Positions 16,637-26,726 of a stretch of DNA of 64,000 nt are shown here, piece by piece. This DNA is from an uncultured Bacteroidota bacterium (lineage in GTDB: Bacteria; Bacteroidota; Bacteroidia; Bacteroidales; P3). The translations under genes were made by a program, and so were the position numbers. The stretch spans positions 1,999 to 65,998 of the forward strand of contig CACZRR010000025.1 in NCBI GenBank assembly GCA_902783595.1, given 5' to 3'. The notes beneath the pieces are model-generated. The model worked only from the letters and a program-made list of their open reading frames with translations. It had not been told where the DNA came from and did no database searches. Every line of letters starts with the position of its first letter. The first letter of the stretch is position 1.

Positions 16637-16783
16637 ATGATACAGAAACATTGCCACGAATGCGGGGCCGCCCTCATTGAGAAGGAATTGGAGGGGGAGG
16701 GCATCGTGCCGCACGCGCCCTGGGATGGGAACATACTGGTGGCTGCACCCTCTACGAGCACCGCGACGAAGTGGAAGCCATGA
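16637..16783 (+). other. 48-aa ORF with one zinc-knuckle (CHECG); possible remnant of a zinc-ribbon N-terminal domain
   Basis: MIQKHCHECGAALIEKELEGEGIV resembles zinc-ribbon N-termini, but the second Cys pair is missing. Below the ORF-track size cut-off. Confidence 0.2.
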
Positions 16784-16817
16784 TAAATAGCTCACGTCCG
16801 GAGAGGAGGAGGACCCT

Positions 16818-17528
16818 ATGACACTCATAGAAGCCATCGCCGCCAGGCATAGTGTGCGGCAATATTTGGACAAGCCCATCGACGCCACGACAGTGGATGC
16901 CATACGTGCCTGCATCGACGAATGCAATGCCGCCAGTGGGCTGCACATGCAGCTTGTCACAAACGAGCGGACGGCCTTCGCCTCAGGGCTGGCGCGCTAC
17001 GGCCGTTTCCGAGGTGTGAGCAACTATATTGTGCTGGCAGGACGGCGGGGTCACGAGAGCGACGAGCTGATGGGCTACTACGGCGAGAAAGTGGTATTGC
17101 TGATGCAGACCTTAGGGCTCAATAGCTGCTGGGTGGGGCTTACCTTCAAGGATGTGAGGGGCGCCTACACCCTCGACGAGGGCGAGAAGATGCGCCTCGT
17201 TATTGCTTGCGGCCATGGGGCCTCGCAGGGCGTACCGCACCGGCAGAGGCACACCTGGGAGGACTTTGTGGTGAACCACACAGGCCTGCCGCTACCCGAA
17301 TGGTTCATCGCCGGCGTGCAGGCTGCCGAACAGGCCCCCACGGCAATCCACCAGCAGAAATTTGAATTCGAATGGTTGGGGGACGAAAAAGTCGTTGCAC
17401 GGCGCCGCATGGCCCTCAACAGCTACACCTACATCGACCTCGGCATCGCCAAGCTGCACTTCGAGATAGCAACGAATGAGATGAGGCTCCAGCAGCTGGG
17501 GGATGTTCCCCTCCTGAAAATGATATGA
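16818..17528 (+). CDS. Nitroreductase-family protein
   Basis: 236 aa. N-terminus IEAIAARHSVRQY is typical of nitroreductase-fold proteins. Confidence 0.8.
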   Translation: MTLIEAIAARHSVRQYLDKPIDATTVDAIRACIDECNAASGLHMQLVTNERTAFASGLARYGRFRGVSNYIVLAGRRGHESDELMGYYGEKVVLLMQTLGLNSCWVGLTFKDVRGAYTLDEGEKMRLVIACGHGASQGVPHRQRHTWEDFVVNHTGLPLPEWFIAGVQAAEQAPTAIHQQKFEFEWLGDEKVVARRRMALNSYTYIDLGIAKLHFEIATNEMRLQQLGDVPLLKMI

Positions 17529-17818
17529 TCCAGATAACATCCACCCATATCATCCTGACCTACCTTATAGTCATCACCGTGGTGGCCTTCTTCGCCTACG
17601 GCATCGACAAAAGGAGAGCCCAACGTGGCGGACGACGCACCCCCGAGGCGGTGCTGCTATGGCTGGCGGCGGCAGGCGGTAGTATAGGGGCATGGATGGG
17701 GATGAAGGTATGGCGTCACAAGACGCTGCACAAGAAATTCAGGTACGGTGTACCACTCATCCTGGTCGGTCAGATTGTGGTGGTGCTGGTATTCTGCTGG
17801 CTGGCGATGGGACAATAG
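17525..17818 (+). CDS. DUF1294-family membrane protein
   Basis: 97 aa. YGIDKRRAQRG..R.PE..L, GGSIGAWMGM and RHKT..KF are characteristic. 4-nt overlap with the upstream gene. Confidence 0.8.
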   Translation: MIQITSTHIILTYLIVITVVAFFAYGIDKRRAQRGGRRTPEAVLLWLAAAGGSIGAWMGMKVWRHKTLHKKFRYGVPLILVGQIVVVLVFCWLAMGQ

Positions 17819-17835
17819 ACGACAAAGTTTTTTCA

Positions 17836-18750
17836 ATGACGATGAGCCACTCCCGCCCCTTCTACGTTGCATTTGCCCCACTGCAAGGATATACCGGCGC
17901 TATTTACCGGCAGGCGCATCACCTGTGCGCCGGTGGCGTGGACGAATACTACACCCCCTTTCTGCGCATTGAGCGAGACGCCGTAAGGGGCAAAGACCTG
18001 CGCGACGTAGCCCCCGCCGCATGCGAGGGAGTGCCGACAGTACCACAGGTGATTGCCAATGGTGGCGACGAGTTCGCCCGATTGTGCGATGCGCTACAAG
18101 GACAAGGATGGAACCGTATAGACCTCAACATGGGATGTCCTTTCCCCATGCAGGTGAGGGCTGGCCGCGGCTGCGGATTATTGCAGCATAGGGAACGTGT
18201 TGAAGAGATACGGCGCGAGATGTTGCGGCGCAGTGATGTGGCGTTCTCCGTCAAGATGCGCCTCGGCCAAGAGAGCGAAACAGAAGGCGAGGCTATCATG
18301 TCCATCGTGAACGCTATGCCTTTGCTGCACGTCACATTGCATCCTCGGCTGGGACGACAACAGTACAAAGGGGAGGCCGACCGTGATGCCTTTATTCGTT
18401 TTGCGCAACGCTGCCAACATCCCATGGTATACAATGGTGACCTAACAGAGGTGAGCCAACACGAATGGGATGCGCTGCACATCAAAGGCGTGATGCTCGG
18501 GCGCGGTCTCCTTGCACGTCCCTGGATGTTATGTGAGAGAGATCCCCAAGAGGTGGTCGGCGAGATGCATGCTCTCATCTATCGGCATGCGACCACCCGA
18601 TTGTGTGGCGACAGCCAGATCCTTGCGCACCTACATGCCTTTTGGGAATATCTCGACATACCCCATCGCCTGAAGAAACCCATCATGAAAGCCACCACGC
18701 TTAGCCGCTACAATGAGGCCGTTGCCAACTACACAAAAAAAATATCATAG
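17836..18750 (+). CDS. tRNA-dihydrouridine synthase family protein
   Basis: 304 aa from the ATG at 17836. APLQGYT and IDLNMGCP motifs of the Dus TIM-barrel. Confidence 0.8.
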   Translation: MTMSHSRPFYVAFAPLQGYTGAIYRQAHHLCAGGVDEYYTPFLRIERDAVRGKDLRDVAPAACEGVPTVPQVIANGGDEFARLCDALQGQGWNRIDLNMGCPFPMQVRAGRGCGLLQHRERVEEIRREMLRRSDVAFSVKMRLGQESETEGEAIMSIVNAMPLLHVTLHPRLGRQQYKGEADRDAFIRFAQRCQHPMVYNGDLTEVSQHEWDALHIKGVMLGRGLLARPWMLCERDPQEVVGEMHALIYRHATTRLCGDSQILAHLHAFWEYLDIPHRLKKPIMKATTLSRYNEAVANYTKKIS

Positions 18751-18790
18751 AAGGAACAGTTCCTCGGCGTTCATTTTCATTATTTTTTTG

Positions 18791-18798
18791 TATCTTTG
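18791..18798 (+). promoter_or_regulatory. -7 promoter box TATCTTTG
   Basis: TAnnTTTG match 56 nt upstream of the ddl ATG. Confidence 0.45.
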
Positions 18799-18854
18799 CA
18801 GACCATATGGCTCCCCTTCAGAGAGTCTAATATCTTAAGAATAAGAACACTGCA

Positions 18855-19880
18855 ATGAAAAAGAATATAGCCCTCGTGATGGGTGGCTTCAGCGGCGAGC
18901 ACGACATCTCGATTGCCAGCGGACGTCAGGTCTATGAGCAGTTGGACCATAGTCGCTACAATGTGTACAAAATTGTGGTGGATCGTGCGGGCTGGTACTG
19001 GGAATGCGGCGACGAGCACAGACCCATCGACCGCGGCGACTTCACCGTCATCGATGCCGGCGTCACGGTTCATTTTGATTTAGCCTTTATCATCGTGCAT
19101 GGCAACCCCGGCGAAAACGGCGTGTTGCAAGGTTACTTCGATATGCTGGGCATCCGCTACACCACCTGTGGTTACTACACCTCCGCACTCACCTTCCATA
19201 AAGGCTACTGCAACCCCGTAGTAAAAAACTTTGGCATCGTCAAAGTAGCCAACTCGGTTCTGCTATATAAAGAACAGTGGGAAGTGGAAAGTGGGAAGTG
19301 GAAAGATGGAATAGTGCCAACCGACTCTCCGCAATCCTCTCTTCATCTCCCCGTTTTCGTGAAGCCGGCTGCCGGCGGCAGCAGCGTTGCCACCACCAAG
19401 GTGAAGAGCCCCGAGGCCCTGCCCGCCGCCATCCGTGAGGCTTTCACAGAAGATAGCGCAGTGCTGATAGAGGAAGCCATTGTAGGACGCGAGTTTGACT
19501 GCGGCGTATTCCGCAATGCAGACGGAGAATTGCTCCTGTTCCCTATCACCGAAATTATACCCAAAGGTGGACATGAATTCTTCGACTATGCTGCCAAGTA
19601 TGAGGGTTTCAGCAGCGAGGTGACCCCCGCCGAGGTCGACGAGCACACGGCACAACACATACAGGCGGTGTCGGCACAGCTCTACGAACGCCTGGGATGC
19701 AAAGGCATCGTACGCTTCGACTACATCCTCGACAGCGCCAACAACGAGCTCTACTTCCTGGAGGTGAATACCATCCCGGGACAGAGTGCAGAGAGCATCG
19801 TACCCAAACAAGCCCGTGCCATGGGCATCACGCCCGCCCAGCTCTACCAGATGAGCATCGAGGCGGCGATGAATAAGTGA
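18855..19880 (+). CDS. ddl: D-alanine--D-alanine ligase
   Basis: 341 aa. GGFSGEHDISIASG, HGNPGENG, FVKPAAGGSS and EVNTIPG motifs. Confidence 0.92.
   Translation: MKKNIALVMGGFSGEHDISIASGRQVYEQLDHSRYNVYKIVVDRAGWYWECGDEHRPIDRGDFTVIDAGVTVHFDLAFIIVHGNPGENGVLQGYFDMLGIRYTTCGYYTSALTFHKGYCNPVVKNFGIVKVANSVLLYKEQWEVESGKWKDGIVPTDSPQSSLHLPVFVKPAAGGSSVATTKVKSPEALPAAIREAFTEDSAVLIEEAIVGREFDCGVFRNADGELLLFPITEIIPKGGHEFFDYAAKYEGFSSEVTPAEVDEHTAQHIQAVSAQLYERLGCKGIVRFDYILDSANNELYFLEVNTIPGQSAESIVPKQARAMGITPAQLYQMSIEAAMNK
19277..19311 (+). repeat. Five tandem heptamers (AGTGGRA family) inside ddl
   Basis: AGTGGGA AGTGGAA AGTGGGA AGTGGAA AGATGGA, read in-frame as QWEVESGKWKDG. Confidence 0.85.
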
Positions 19881-19910
19881 ATAGTGAAAAATTAAAAGTG
19901 AAAAGTTAGA
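19876..19910 (+). repeat. Five tandem heptamers (AGTGAAA family) forming the ddl-to-asnS spacer
   Basis: AGTGAAT AGTGAAA AATTAAA AGTGAAA AGTTAGA, running from the ddl stop codon to 1 nt before the asnS ATG. Confidence 0.85.
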
Positions 19911-19911
19911 T

Positions 19912-21315
19912 ATGAAACGCTACGAAATTAAGCACTTGTTGAAAGAAGACGTGAGCGCCCTTATTGGCGCCACAGTATGCGTCAAAGGATGGGTGCGCAC
20001 CAAGCGCGGCAACAAGAACGTTGCTTTCCTTGCCGTCAACGACGGAAGCATCATACACAACATACAGATTGTTGCCGACCCGACGAGATTCGAGGAGGAG
20101 TTGAAACGCATCACCACCGGAGCCTGCATCGGTGTAGAAGGTCTGCTGGTGGAGAGCCAGGGCAGCGGTCAAGCCGTGGAGGTACAGGCCACGAAGATTG
20201 AAGTCTACGGAGAAGCCGACCCCAACACTTACCCACTTCAAAAGAAAGGCCACTCTATGGAGTTTCTCCGCGAGATTGGGCACCTGCGTCTGCGTACCAA
20301 CACCTTTGGTGCCGTGATGCGTCTGCGTCACAACATGGCCATGGCCATCCACACATTCTTCCACGAGCGCGGCTTCTTCTACTTCCATACGCCCCTCATC
20401 ACCGCCAGCGACTGTGAGGGAGCTGGCGAAATGTTCCACGTAAGCACCCTTGACCCCGAGAATCCTCCTCGCAAAGAGGACGGCACCATCGACTGGGAGC
20501 AGGACTTCTTCGGCAAGTTCACCGCCCTGACCGTCAGCGGCCAGCTGGAGGGAGAGCTCGGTGCCACGTCGCTGGGTAAAATCTACACCTTCGGCCCCAC
20601 CTTCCGTGCCGAGAACAGCAACACGCCACGCCACCTTGCCGAATTCTGGATGATAGAACCCGAAATGGCTTTCTACCAACTCGACGAACTGACGGCTTTA
20701 GAAGAAGAATTCATCAAGTATTGCGTGCGCTGGGCATTGGATCACTGCATGGACGACCTCGAATTCCTCAACAAAATGATCGACTCTACCCTCATTGAGC
20801 GACTGAAGAGCGTGGTGAACACCGATTTTGTACGCCTGCCCTATACCGAGGGTATCAAAATCCTCGAAGAAGCCGTCAAGAGCGGCGTGAAATTTGAGTT
20901 CCCCGTGAGCTGGGGCGTCGACCTGGCCTCCGAGCACGAGCGCTACCTTGTAGAGAAACACTTCAAGAAACCCGTCATCATGATTGACTACCCGAAGGAG
21001 ATCAAAGCCTTCTACATGAAGCAGAACGACGACGGGAAGACGGTTCAGGGCACCGATGTGCTCTTCCCTCAAATCGGCGAGATCATAGGCGGCAGCGTGC
21101 GTGAGGAGAACTACGACAAGCTCATGCAGCGCATCGAGGAGCTCGACATCCCCATGAAGGATATGTGGTGGTACCTCGACACACGGCGCTACGGCAGCTG
21201 CCCCCATGCCGGCTTTGGTCTTGGCTTCGAGCGCCTGATGCTCTTCGTCACCGGTATGGCCAACATCCGCGACGTCATACCCTTCCCGCGTACGCCTAAG
21301 ACAGCTGAATTCTAA
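19912..21315 (+). CDS. asnS: Asparagine--tRNA ligase
   Basis: 467 aa. Class IIb synthetase motifs ([30 protein letters not shown]). Confidence 0.95.
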   Translation: MKRYEIKHLLKEDVSALIGATVCVKGWVRTKRGNKNVAFLAVNDGSIIHNIQIVADPTRFEEELKRITTGACIGVEGLLVESQGSGQAVEVQATKIEVYGEADPNTYPLQKKGHSMEFLREIGHLRLRTNTFGAVMRLRHNMAMAIHTFFHERGFFYFHTPLITASDCEGAGEMFHVSTLDPENPPRKEDGTIDWEQDFFGKFTALTVSGQLEGELGATSLGKIYTFGPTFRAENSNTPRHLAEFWMIEPEMAFYQLDELTALEEEFIKYCVRWALDHCMDDLEFLNKMIDSTLIERLKSVVNTDFVRLPYTEGIKILEEAVKSGVKFEFPVSWGVDLASEHERYLVEKHFKKPVIMIDYPKEIKAFYMKQNDDGKTVQGTDVLFPQIGEIIGGSVREENYDKLMQRIEELDIPMKDMWWYLDTRRYGSCPHAGFGLGFERLMLFVTGMANIRDVIPFPRTPKTAEF

Positions 21316-21348
21316 TTTGAATCAAGACCTATCGACAATCAATAACCA

Positions 21349-22369
21349 TATGAAAAAAGCAATGATGATGACTTTCGCTGCTGCCATCATGCTTGGAGCA
21401 TGCAAACAGCATGTCGCCGATCCCGAAGCGCAGAAAGACACAGACGGCGCTACCGTCTACATGACCAAGGACATCAGCCCTGAGAGCCTAGTGAAAATCT
21501 ACGAAGCTCTCGGCGTGAAGGCACAAGGGAATGTGGCCGTCAAGATCAGTACCGGAGAGGGGAGCAACCCCAACTACCTGAAACCCGAGCTCATCCAAAA
21601 ACTCGTGGAACTGGTGGACGGCACCATCGTGGAGTGCAACACTGCCTACAGTAGCGGCCCCGGTGACGAGCAAGACGACCGCAACACCTCTGCCAACCAC
21701 TGGAAAATCATCAAACGTCACGGCTTCATTCCCATGTTCAAGGTCGACATTATGGACGAGGAGGGCGAAATCCGCATCCCCGTCAAGGACAGCACCCACA
21801 TCAAGTACGACATCGTGGGCAGCCACATGGCGAACTACGACTTCATGATTGCCCTCAACCACTTCAAGGGCCATCCCATGGGCGGCTACGGCGGAGCCCT
21901 GAAGAACCTCAGTATCGGCTGCGCCAGTCAGAATGGCAAAGCCTACATCCACTCTGCCGGCAAGATGGAAATACTCGATATGGCCAAGCTCTGGACACCC
22001 GAATTCATCGGCGACCAAGACGGATTCCTTGAGAGTATGGCGGCAGCTGCCCAAGGTGTGGTAAACCACTTCAAAGCAAAGAAAGGCATCATTTACATCA
22101 GTGTGATGAACAACATGAGCATCGACTGCGACTGCGTGGACCATCCTGAACCAGTGAAACTTGAAGACTATGGTATCCTGGCCTCCACAGACCCTGTGGC
22201 TCTCGACCAAGCCTGCGTGGACATCGTCAACCAGATGGAAGTCAGTGCCAGCAACGACCCCACCGACCTTATCAATCGTATCAACCAGCAGCATGGCGTG
22301 CACACCATCGAGCATGGTGAGACCATCGGTTTAGGCTCCCGCAAGTATCACATCGTAAGCATTGATTAA
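21349..22369 (+). CDS. DUF362-domain lipoprotein
   Basis: 340 aa from the ATG at 21349. Lipobox (AIMLGAC). DUF362-like blocks (HFKGHPMGGYGGALKNLS, DCDCV). Confidence 0.7.
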
Positions 22370-22460
22370 ACTCTCTGACCCTTTTGACCACCGTCGGCTG
22401 CTGCGTTTCACGCTGCTGTCGACAGGGGTCATTAGTTATCTGAACAAGGGTCTTCTATCA

Positions 22461-22490
22461 ACCAGCAATCGTCCCGCGGCGATTGCTGGT
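22461..22490 (+). terminator. Perfect 11-bp hairpin in the 3' region of the DUF362 gene
   Basis: ACCAGCAATCG / CGATTGCTGGT with an 8-nt loop. The downstream T-tract is weak, so terminator function is uncertain. Confidence 0.4.
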
Positions 22491-22533
22491 ATTCGATATA
22501 TTGGCAGTATTCGCGACGAGAAGAAAATTATTT

Positions 22534-22564
22534 TTTGACATTTGGCATTAGTTTACTATCTTTG
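22534..22564 (+). promoter_or_regulatory. Bacteroidota sigma-A-type promoter (TTTG-N19-TAtcTTTG) for guaA
   Basis: TTTG at 22534-22537 and TATCTTTG at 22557-22564, 22 nt before the ATG. Confidence 0.65.
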
Positions 22565-22586
22565 CAATTTAAAATAATATATATAT

Positions 22587-24113
22587 ATGGAGACTATCAT
22601 CATCTTAGACTTTGGTTCTCAGTACACTCAGCTGATAGCACGCAAAATTCGCGAGCAGAATGTCTACTGTGAAATACACCCTTACAACAAGATTCCCGTA
22701 CTTACAGAGAACGTAAAGGGGGTAGTCTTCTCCGGCAGTCCTTACAGCTGCAACGCAGCCGACGCACCCGTGCCAAACATGGAGGGTATCAAAGGTACAC
22801 TGCCGTTGTTGGCAGTATGCTATGGTGCGCAATACCTCGCCAAATGGGGCGGCGGACGTGTGCAGCAAAGCGCGAGCCGCGAATATGGCCGTGCCAACCT
22901 CACCACCATTGATAGCAGTAATCCCTTGATGAAAGGTATTTCCTCTGGCAGCCAGGTGTGGATGAGTCATGGCGACACCATCGAGCAGTTGCCGGAAGGC
23001 TACCGCGTGATCTGCTCAACCGAAAGCGTAAAGAATGCAGGATACCAGATTGAAGGGGAGCAGACCTATGCCATCCAGTTTCACCCCGAGGTGCACCATT
23101 CGCTTGACGGTACTACATTGCTGCACAACTTTTTGGTTGATATCTGTGGCTGTCACCAGGAATGGACGCCACAGAACTTCATTGAGACCACCGTGCACGA
23201 CCTGCGTGCCAAACTAGGCAACGACAAAGTGGTATTAGGCCTCAGCGGCGGTGTGGACAGCACCGTTGCCGCCGTACTCATCAGTCGTGCTATCGGCGAC
23301 CAGCTGCACTGCATTTTCGTTGACAACGGGCTACTGCGTAAAAACGAGTTTGAGAGTGTGCTTGCCTCGTACCGTGACATGGGTCTCAACGTGAAGGGCG
23401 TCGATGCCAAAGAGCGTTTTTACAGCGTGCTGGCAGGCGTCACCGACCCGGAAAAGAAACGCAAAGCGATCGGAAAAACATTCATCGATGTCTTCGATGC
23501 CGAAGCGAAGCTCATCACCGATGCCCGCTGGCTGGGTCAGGGGACCATCTACCCCGACGTCATCGAAAGCAGCAGTGTGAAGGGGCCAAGTCAGACCATC
23601 AAAAGCCACCACAATGTGGGCGGTCTCCCGGATTATATGAAGCTGCAGCTTGTAGAGCCACTCCGCCTGCTTTTCAAAGACGAAGTGCGCCGTATCGGAC
23701 GCCAGTTAGGGATCAAAGAGGAGCTCATCGGGCGCCATCCCTTCCCTGGCCCTGGTTTGGCCATACGCATCCTTGGCGATGTGACCCCTGAGAAAGTGCA
23801 CATCCTTCAAGAGGTGGACCACATTTTCATCCAAGGGTTACGCGATGCTGGGCTCTACGATAAGGTGTGGCAGGCCGGAGCCATACTGCTACCGATACAA
23901 AGCGTGGGTGTGATGGGCGACGAGCGGACCTATGAACGTGTAGTTGCGCTGCGCGCAGTGGAGAGCGTGGACGGAATGACCGCTGACTGGTGCCATCTGC
24001 CCTACGATTTTATGGCTCGCATCTCAAACGAGATTATAAACCATGTACGCGGTGTGAACCGTGTATGCTACGACATCAGTTCCAAGCCGCCAGCAACAAT
24101 CGAATGGGAATAA
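22587..24113 (+). CDS. guaA: Glutamine-hydrolysing GMP synthase
   Basis: 508 aa. GATase domain ([14 protein letters not shown]), ATP-PPase SGGVDS motif and C-terminal TIEWE. Confidence 0.96.
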   Translation: METIIILDFGSQYTQLIARKIREQNVYCEIHPYNKIPVLTENVKGVVFSGSPYSCNAADAPVPNMEGIKGTLPLLAVCYGAQYLAKWGGGRVQQSASREYGRANLTTIDSSNPLMKGISSGSQVWMSHGDTIEQLPEGYRVICSTESVKNAGYQIEGEQTYAIQFHPEVHHSLDGTTLLHNFLVDICGCHQEWTPQNFIETTVHDLRAKLGNDKVVLGLSGGVDSTVAAVLISRAIGDQLHCIFVDNGLLRKNEFESVLASYRDMGLNVKGVDAKERFYSVLAGVTDPEKKRKAIGKTFIDVFDAEAKLITDARWLGQGTIYPDVIESSSVKGPSQTIKSHHNVGGLPDYMKLQLVEPLRLLFKDEVRRIGRQLGIKEELIGRHPFPGPGLAIRILGDVTPEKVHILQEVDHIFIQGLRDAGLYDKVWQAGAILLPIQSVGVMGDERTYERVVALRAVESVDGMTADWCHLPYDFMARISNEIINHVRGVNRVCYDISSKPPATIEWE

Positions 24114-24151
24114 ACCCATCTGGTAAACGGAAAAATAAACGAGGAGAGATT

Positions 24152-25741
24152 ATGAAAAGAGCCACTGATAAGGTTTTTTGCGGGAAAGCGCTAAAAGTGA
24201 TGTTGCTGGTTTTCGTCTGCATCACCTTCCGTTTTTCTCCTTCCACTTTCCTCGCATTAAGAGCCCAAGCGCCTGGGACAGCACCCGTGAAGGTGAGCAG
24301 CGAGATACAAGTGGTGCACGGAAAGCGATACTTTGTCCACATCGTCGAAAAAGGGCAAACCGTCTACTCTATTTCCAAAGCATACAAAGTGGAGAGCTAC
24401 GATGCCGTCACGCATGTCGACATCCATTTCCTGCACCCCGGCGACACGGTGTGGATCCCTTGCCGCTACCAAAATGCTACCACTCCACTACCTGTTGAAC
24501 AGGCTTCCCCGAAAAGCCCACAACAACAAACCACAAAGCCGACGAATAAGGACTCGCGAAAACCCGTCACGGTGCCACCTACAGTGACACACCCCACCCC
24601 TGTGGTACACAGCGCCGCGAGTGGCGACGCACGGCCTTCGCGCTCGGTAGGTTCCGTGGTCAAAGTGGCGCTTATCATGCCCCTGCACCTTGGCGAGATG
24701 GAGGAAATCTCAACAACAAAATTTGACATCGAACAAAGGGGCAAACGAACCTACCATCAATTTGAATTCATCGAATTCTACGAAGGCATACGTATGGCCC
24801 TTGACCAATTGGCCGAGGAGGGCATCAACAGTGAAATTAACGTAGTAGATATTGCCACCCAAAGTGCCGACGAGGTGAAGCGCCTCTTCAACGAGCACCA
24901 CCTTACAGAAAGTGATGTCATCATCTCGCTCCTCTTCCGCGACGCTTTTACGCAGGCCGCCGAATTGGCGCGCGACGCAAAGGTGTATATCGTCAACCCC
25001 ATGACGACACGCAGCGAAGTATGCCAGGATAACCCCTATGTGGTAAAGATACAGCCCTCGCTGGCGGGACAGGTGAGCACTATGCTCGACAACATCAAGA
25101 GCGAACGTCCCAACGGACAACTCTTCGTCATTCATTCAGGCAACAAAGAGGAACGAGTAATCCTCGAAGAGATCAAAAAACAGTTGATACAACGCGGAGA
25201 TCTGCGCTATACCCTTTTCAACTGGTCACAATACGCCAAACTAACCCAGTTCCTTAAAGCAAATCCGTCGAGTAGCGTGCTAAGTATCTACAACGAGGGA
25301 CGCGACAAAAATCGTATCTATGTGAGCAACCTCCTCAACCGTCTCGCATCGTTCAAGAGCAACACCCCTACACTCTACACCTTTAACGACTGGACGCGAG
25401 AGTTGCCCGATGTAGATTTTGCGCAGCTACAACAGGTCGGATACCATACCTTCGCGACAGGGTGGGATATGACCAACAACATACATGTGGACTTCTTGAA
25501 AGCATTCCGCACGCGCTACGGGACCGAGCCCACATCAACGCTAGCTTCCACAGGCTATGACCTAACACTCTACATCGTCGGTGGTCTAGCCAAGAAAGGA
25601 ACATCTTTCTGGCTTGCCCCAACCCTACCCTCCCCCACGCTAACCAGTCCCCTCCACCTCATACGTTCCGGCGAAGGATTGGAAAATGACCGTTCTCTAC
25701 TCTACCGCCTAGAATCGTTACGATTCATCCCCGCCAACTAA
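24152..25741 (+). CDS. LysM-domain protein with periplasmic-binding-protein-like C-terminal region
   Basis: 529 aa from the ATG at 24152. Signal/anchor segment, a LysM-like block (HIVEKGQTVYSISKAYKV), a Pro/Thr linker, then an alpha/beta region. Confidence 0.7.
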   Translation: MKRATDKVFCGKALKVMLLVFVCITFRFSPSTFLALRAQAPGTAPVKVSSEIQVVHGKRYFVHIVEKGQTVYSISKAYKVESYDAVTHVDIHFLHPGDTVWIPCRYQNATTPLPVEQASPKSPQQQTTKPTNKDSRKPVTVPPTVTHPTPVVHSAASGDARPSRSVGSVVKVALIMPLHLGEMEEISTTKFDIEQRGKRTYHQFEFIEFYEGIRMALDQLAEEGINSEINVVDIATQSADEVKRLFNEHHLTESDVIISLLFRDAFTQAAELARDAKVYIVNPMTTRSEVCQDNPYVVKIQPSLAGQVSTMLDNIKSERPNGQLFVIHSGNKEERVILEEIKKQLIQRGDLRYTLFNWSQYAKLTQFLKANPSSSVLSIYNEGRDKNRIYVSNLLNRLASFKSNTPTLYTFNDWTRELPDVDFAQLQQVGYHTFATGWDMTNNIHVDFLKAFRTRYGTEPTSTLASTGYDLTLYIVGGLAKKGTSFWLAPTLPSPTLTSPLHLIRSGEGLENDRSLLYRLESLRFIPAN

Positions 25742-25752
25742 ATGATCCTCAC

Positions 25753-26679
25753 ATGGAATACCAAACCACCATACAGAAAGAATTTCGAGTCACAGGACCT
25801 GGGCTGCACACAGGACGCACTGTGACCGTCACCGTGAAGCCCGCCTTCGAAGACTTCGGCATTGCTTTCCGTCGCACCGACCGTACCAATATCGTCACGC
25901 AGCATGCCCTTGCTGAAAACGTGGGAGCCACCTCACGCGGCACCACACTCGGCTCGGGGCGCCAAACCATAGCCACCATCGAACATCTCATGTCAGCACT
26001 GCATGGTATGCGGATTGATAATGCACTTATCGAACTGGATGGCGGCGAGGTACCCATCATCGACGGCTCTTCACGTCCCTGGATGCTCGAGCTTACACGC
26101 GTAGGATTACGCACGATGTCGGCGCAACGCCACACATATAATATCCCCGAGGCACTGCATTTCGAATTCAAAGACACAGGGTCAGTATTCGATGTGGAGC
26201 CCAGCGATCGCTTCTCTGTGCATTGTGCCATCAACTTCCCCAATAGCGTCATCGGAGCCCAGGAAGCAGACATGAACGACCTCTCTGAATACTCCTCTGG
26301 CATAGCTCCTTGCCGCACCTTCGTTTTCCTTCATGAGATTGAACCACTACTGCATTTCAACCTTATTAAAGGCGGGAGCCTCGACAATGCATTGGTATAT
26401 GTAAACAAAGAGCTCACCCCGCGACAGCTCAAACGCCTCGGCAAAATATTCAATAAGGACATCAATAACTTCCGTGTGCACGACGGCGTGCTCAACACTA
26501 CCAACCCTTACTTCCCCAACGAGCCCGCACGACACAAACTGCTTGACTTTGTGGGCGACATTCGCCTTGCTGGCCCCATGATAAATGGTCACTTCTCTAT
26601 CTACCGCCCCGGTCACAAGGCCAACAACGCCTTCGCACGTTTCCTTTCAAACTACATCAAGGACCATCCGCAAGAATAG
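25753..26679 (+). CDS. lpxC: UDP-3-O-acyl-N-acetylglucosamine deacetylase (stand-alone, no FabZ domain)
   Basis: 308 aa. LpxC motifs (GPGLHTG, TIEHLMSAL, IIDGSS, HK.NN). Confidence 0.9.
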   Translation: MEYQTTIQKEFRVTGPGLHTGRTVTVTVKPAFEDFGIAFRRTDRTNIVTQHALAENVGATSRGTTLGSGRQTIATIEHLMSALHGMRIDNALIELDGGEVPIIDGSSRPWMLELTRVGLRTMSAQRHTYNIPEALHFEFKDTGSVFDVEPSDRFSVHCAINFPNSVIGAQEADMNDLSEYSSGIAPCRTFVFLHEIEPLLHFNLIKGGSLDNALVYVNKELTPRQLKRLGKIFNKDINNFRVHDGVLNTTNPYFPNEPARHKLLDFVGDIRLAGPMINGHFSIYRPGHKANNAFARFLSNYIKDHPQE

Positions 26680-26726
26680 CATCCTGATAATACCCATTGT
26701 ATTGATAATACCAAAACTGATATAGA

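Noticed and set aside
22395-22425. Apparent inverted repeat GTCGGCTGCTGCG...CGCTGCTGTCGAC downstream of the DUF362 gene.
   Set aside because: On checking complementarity there are 3 mismatches in 13, and the two halves are partly direct rather than inverted. I did not call it a structure.
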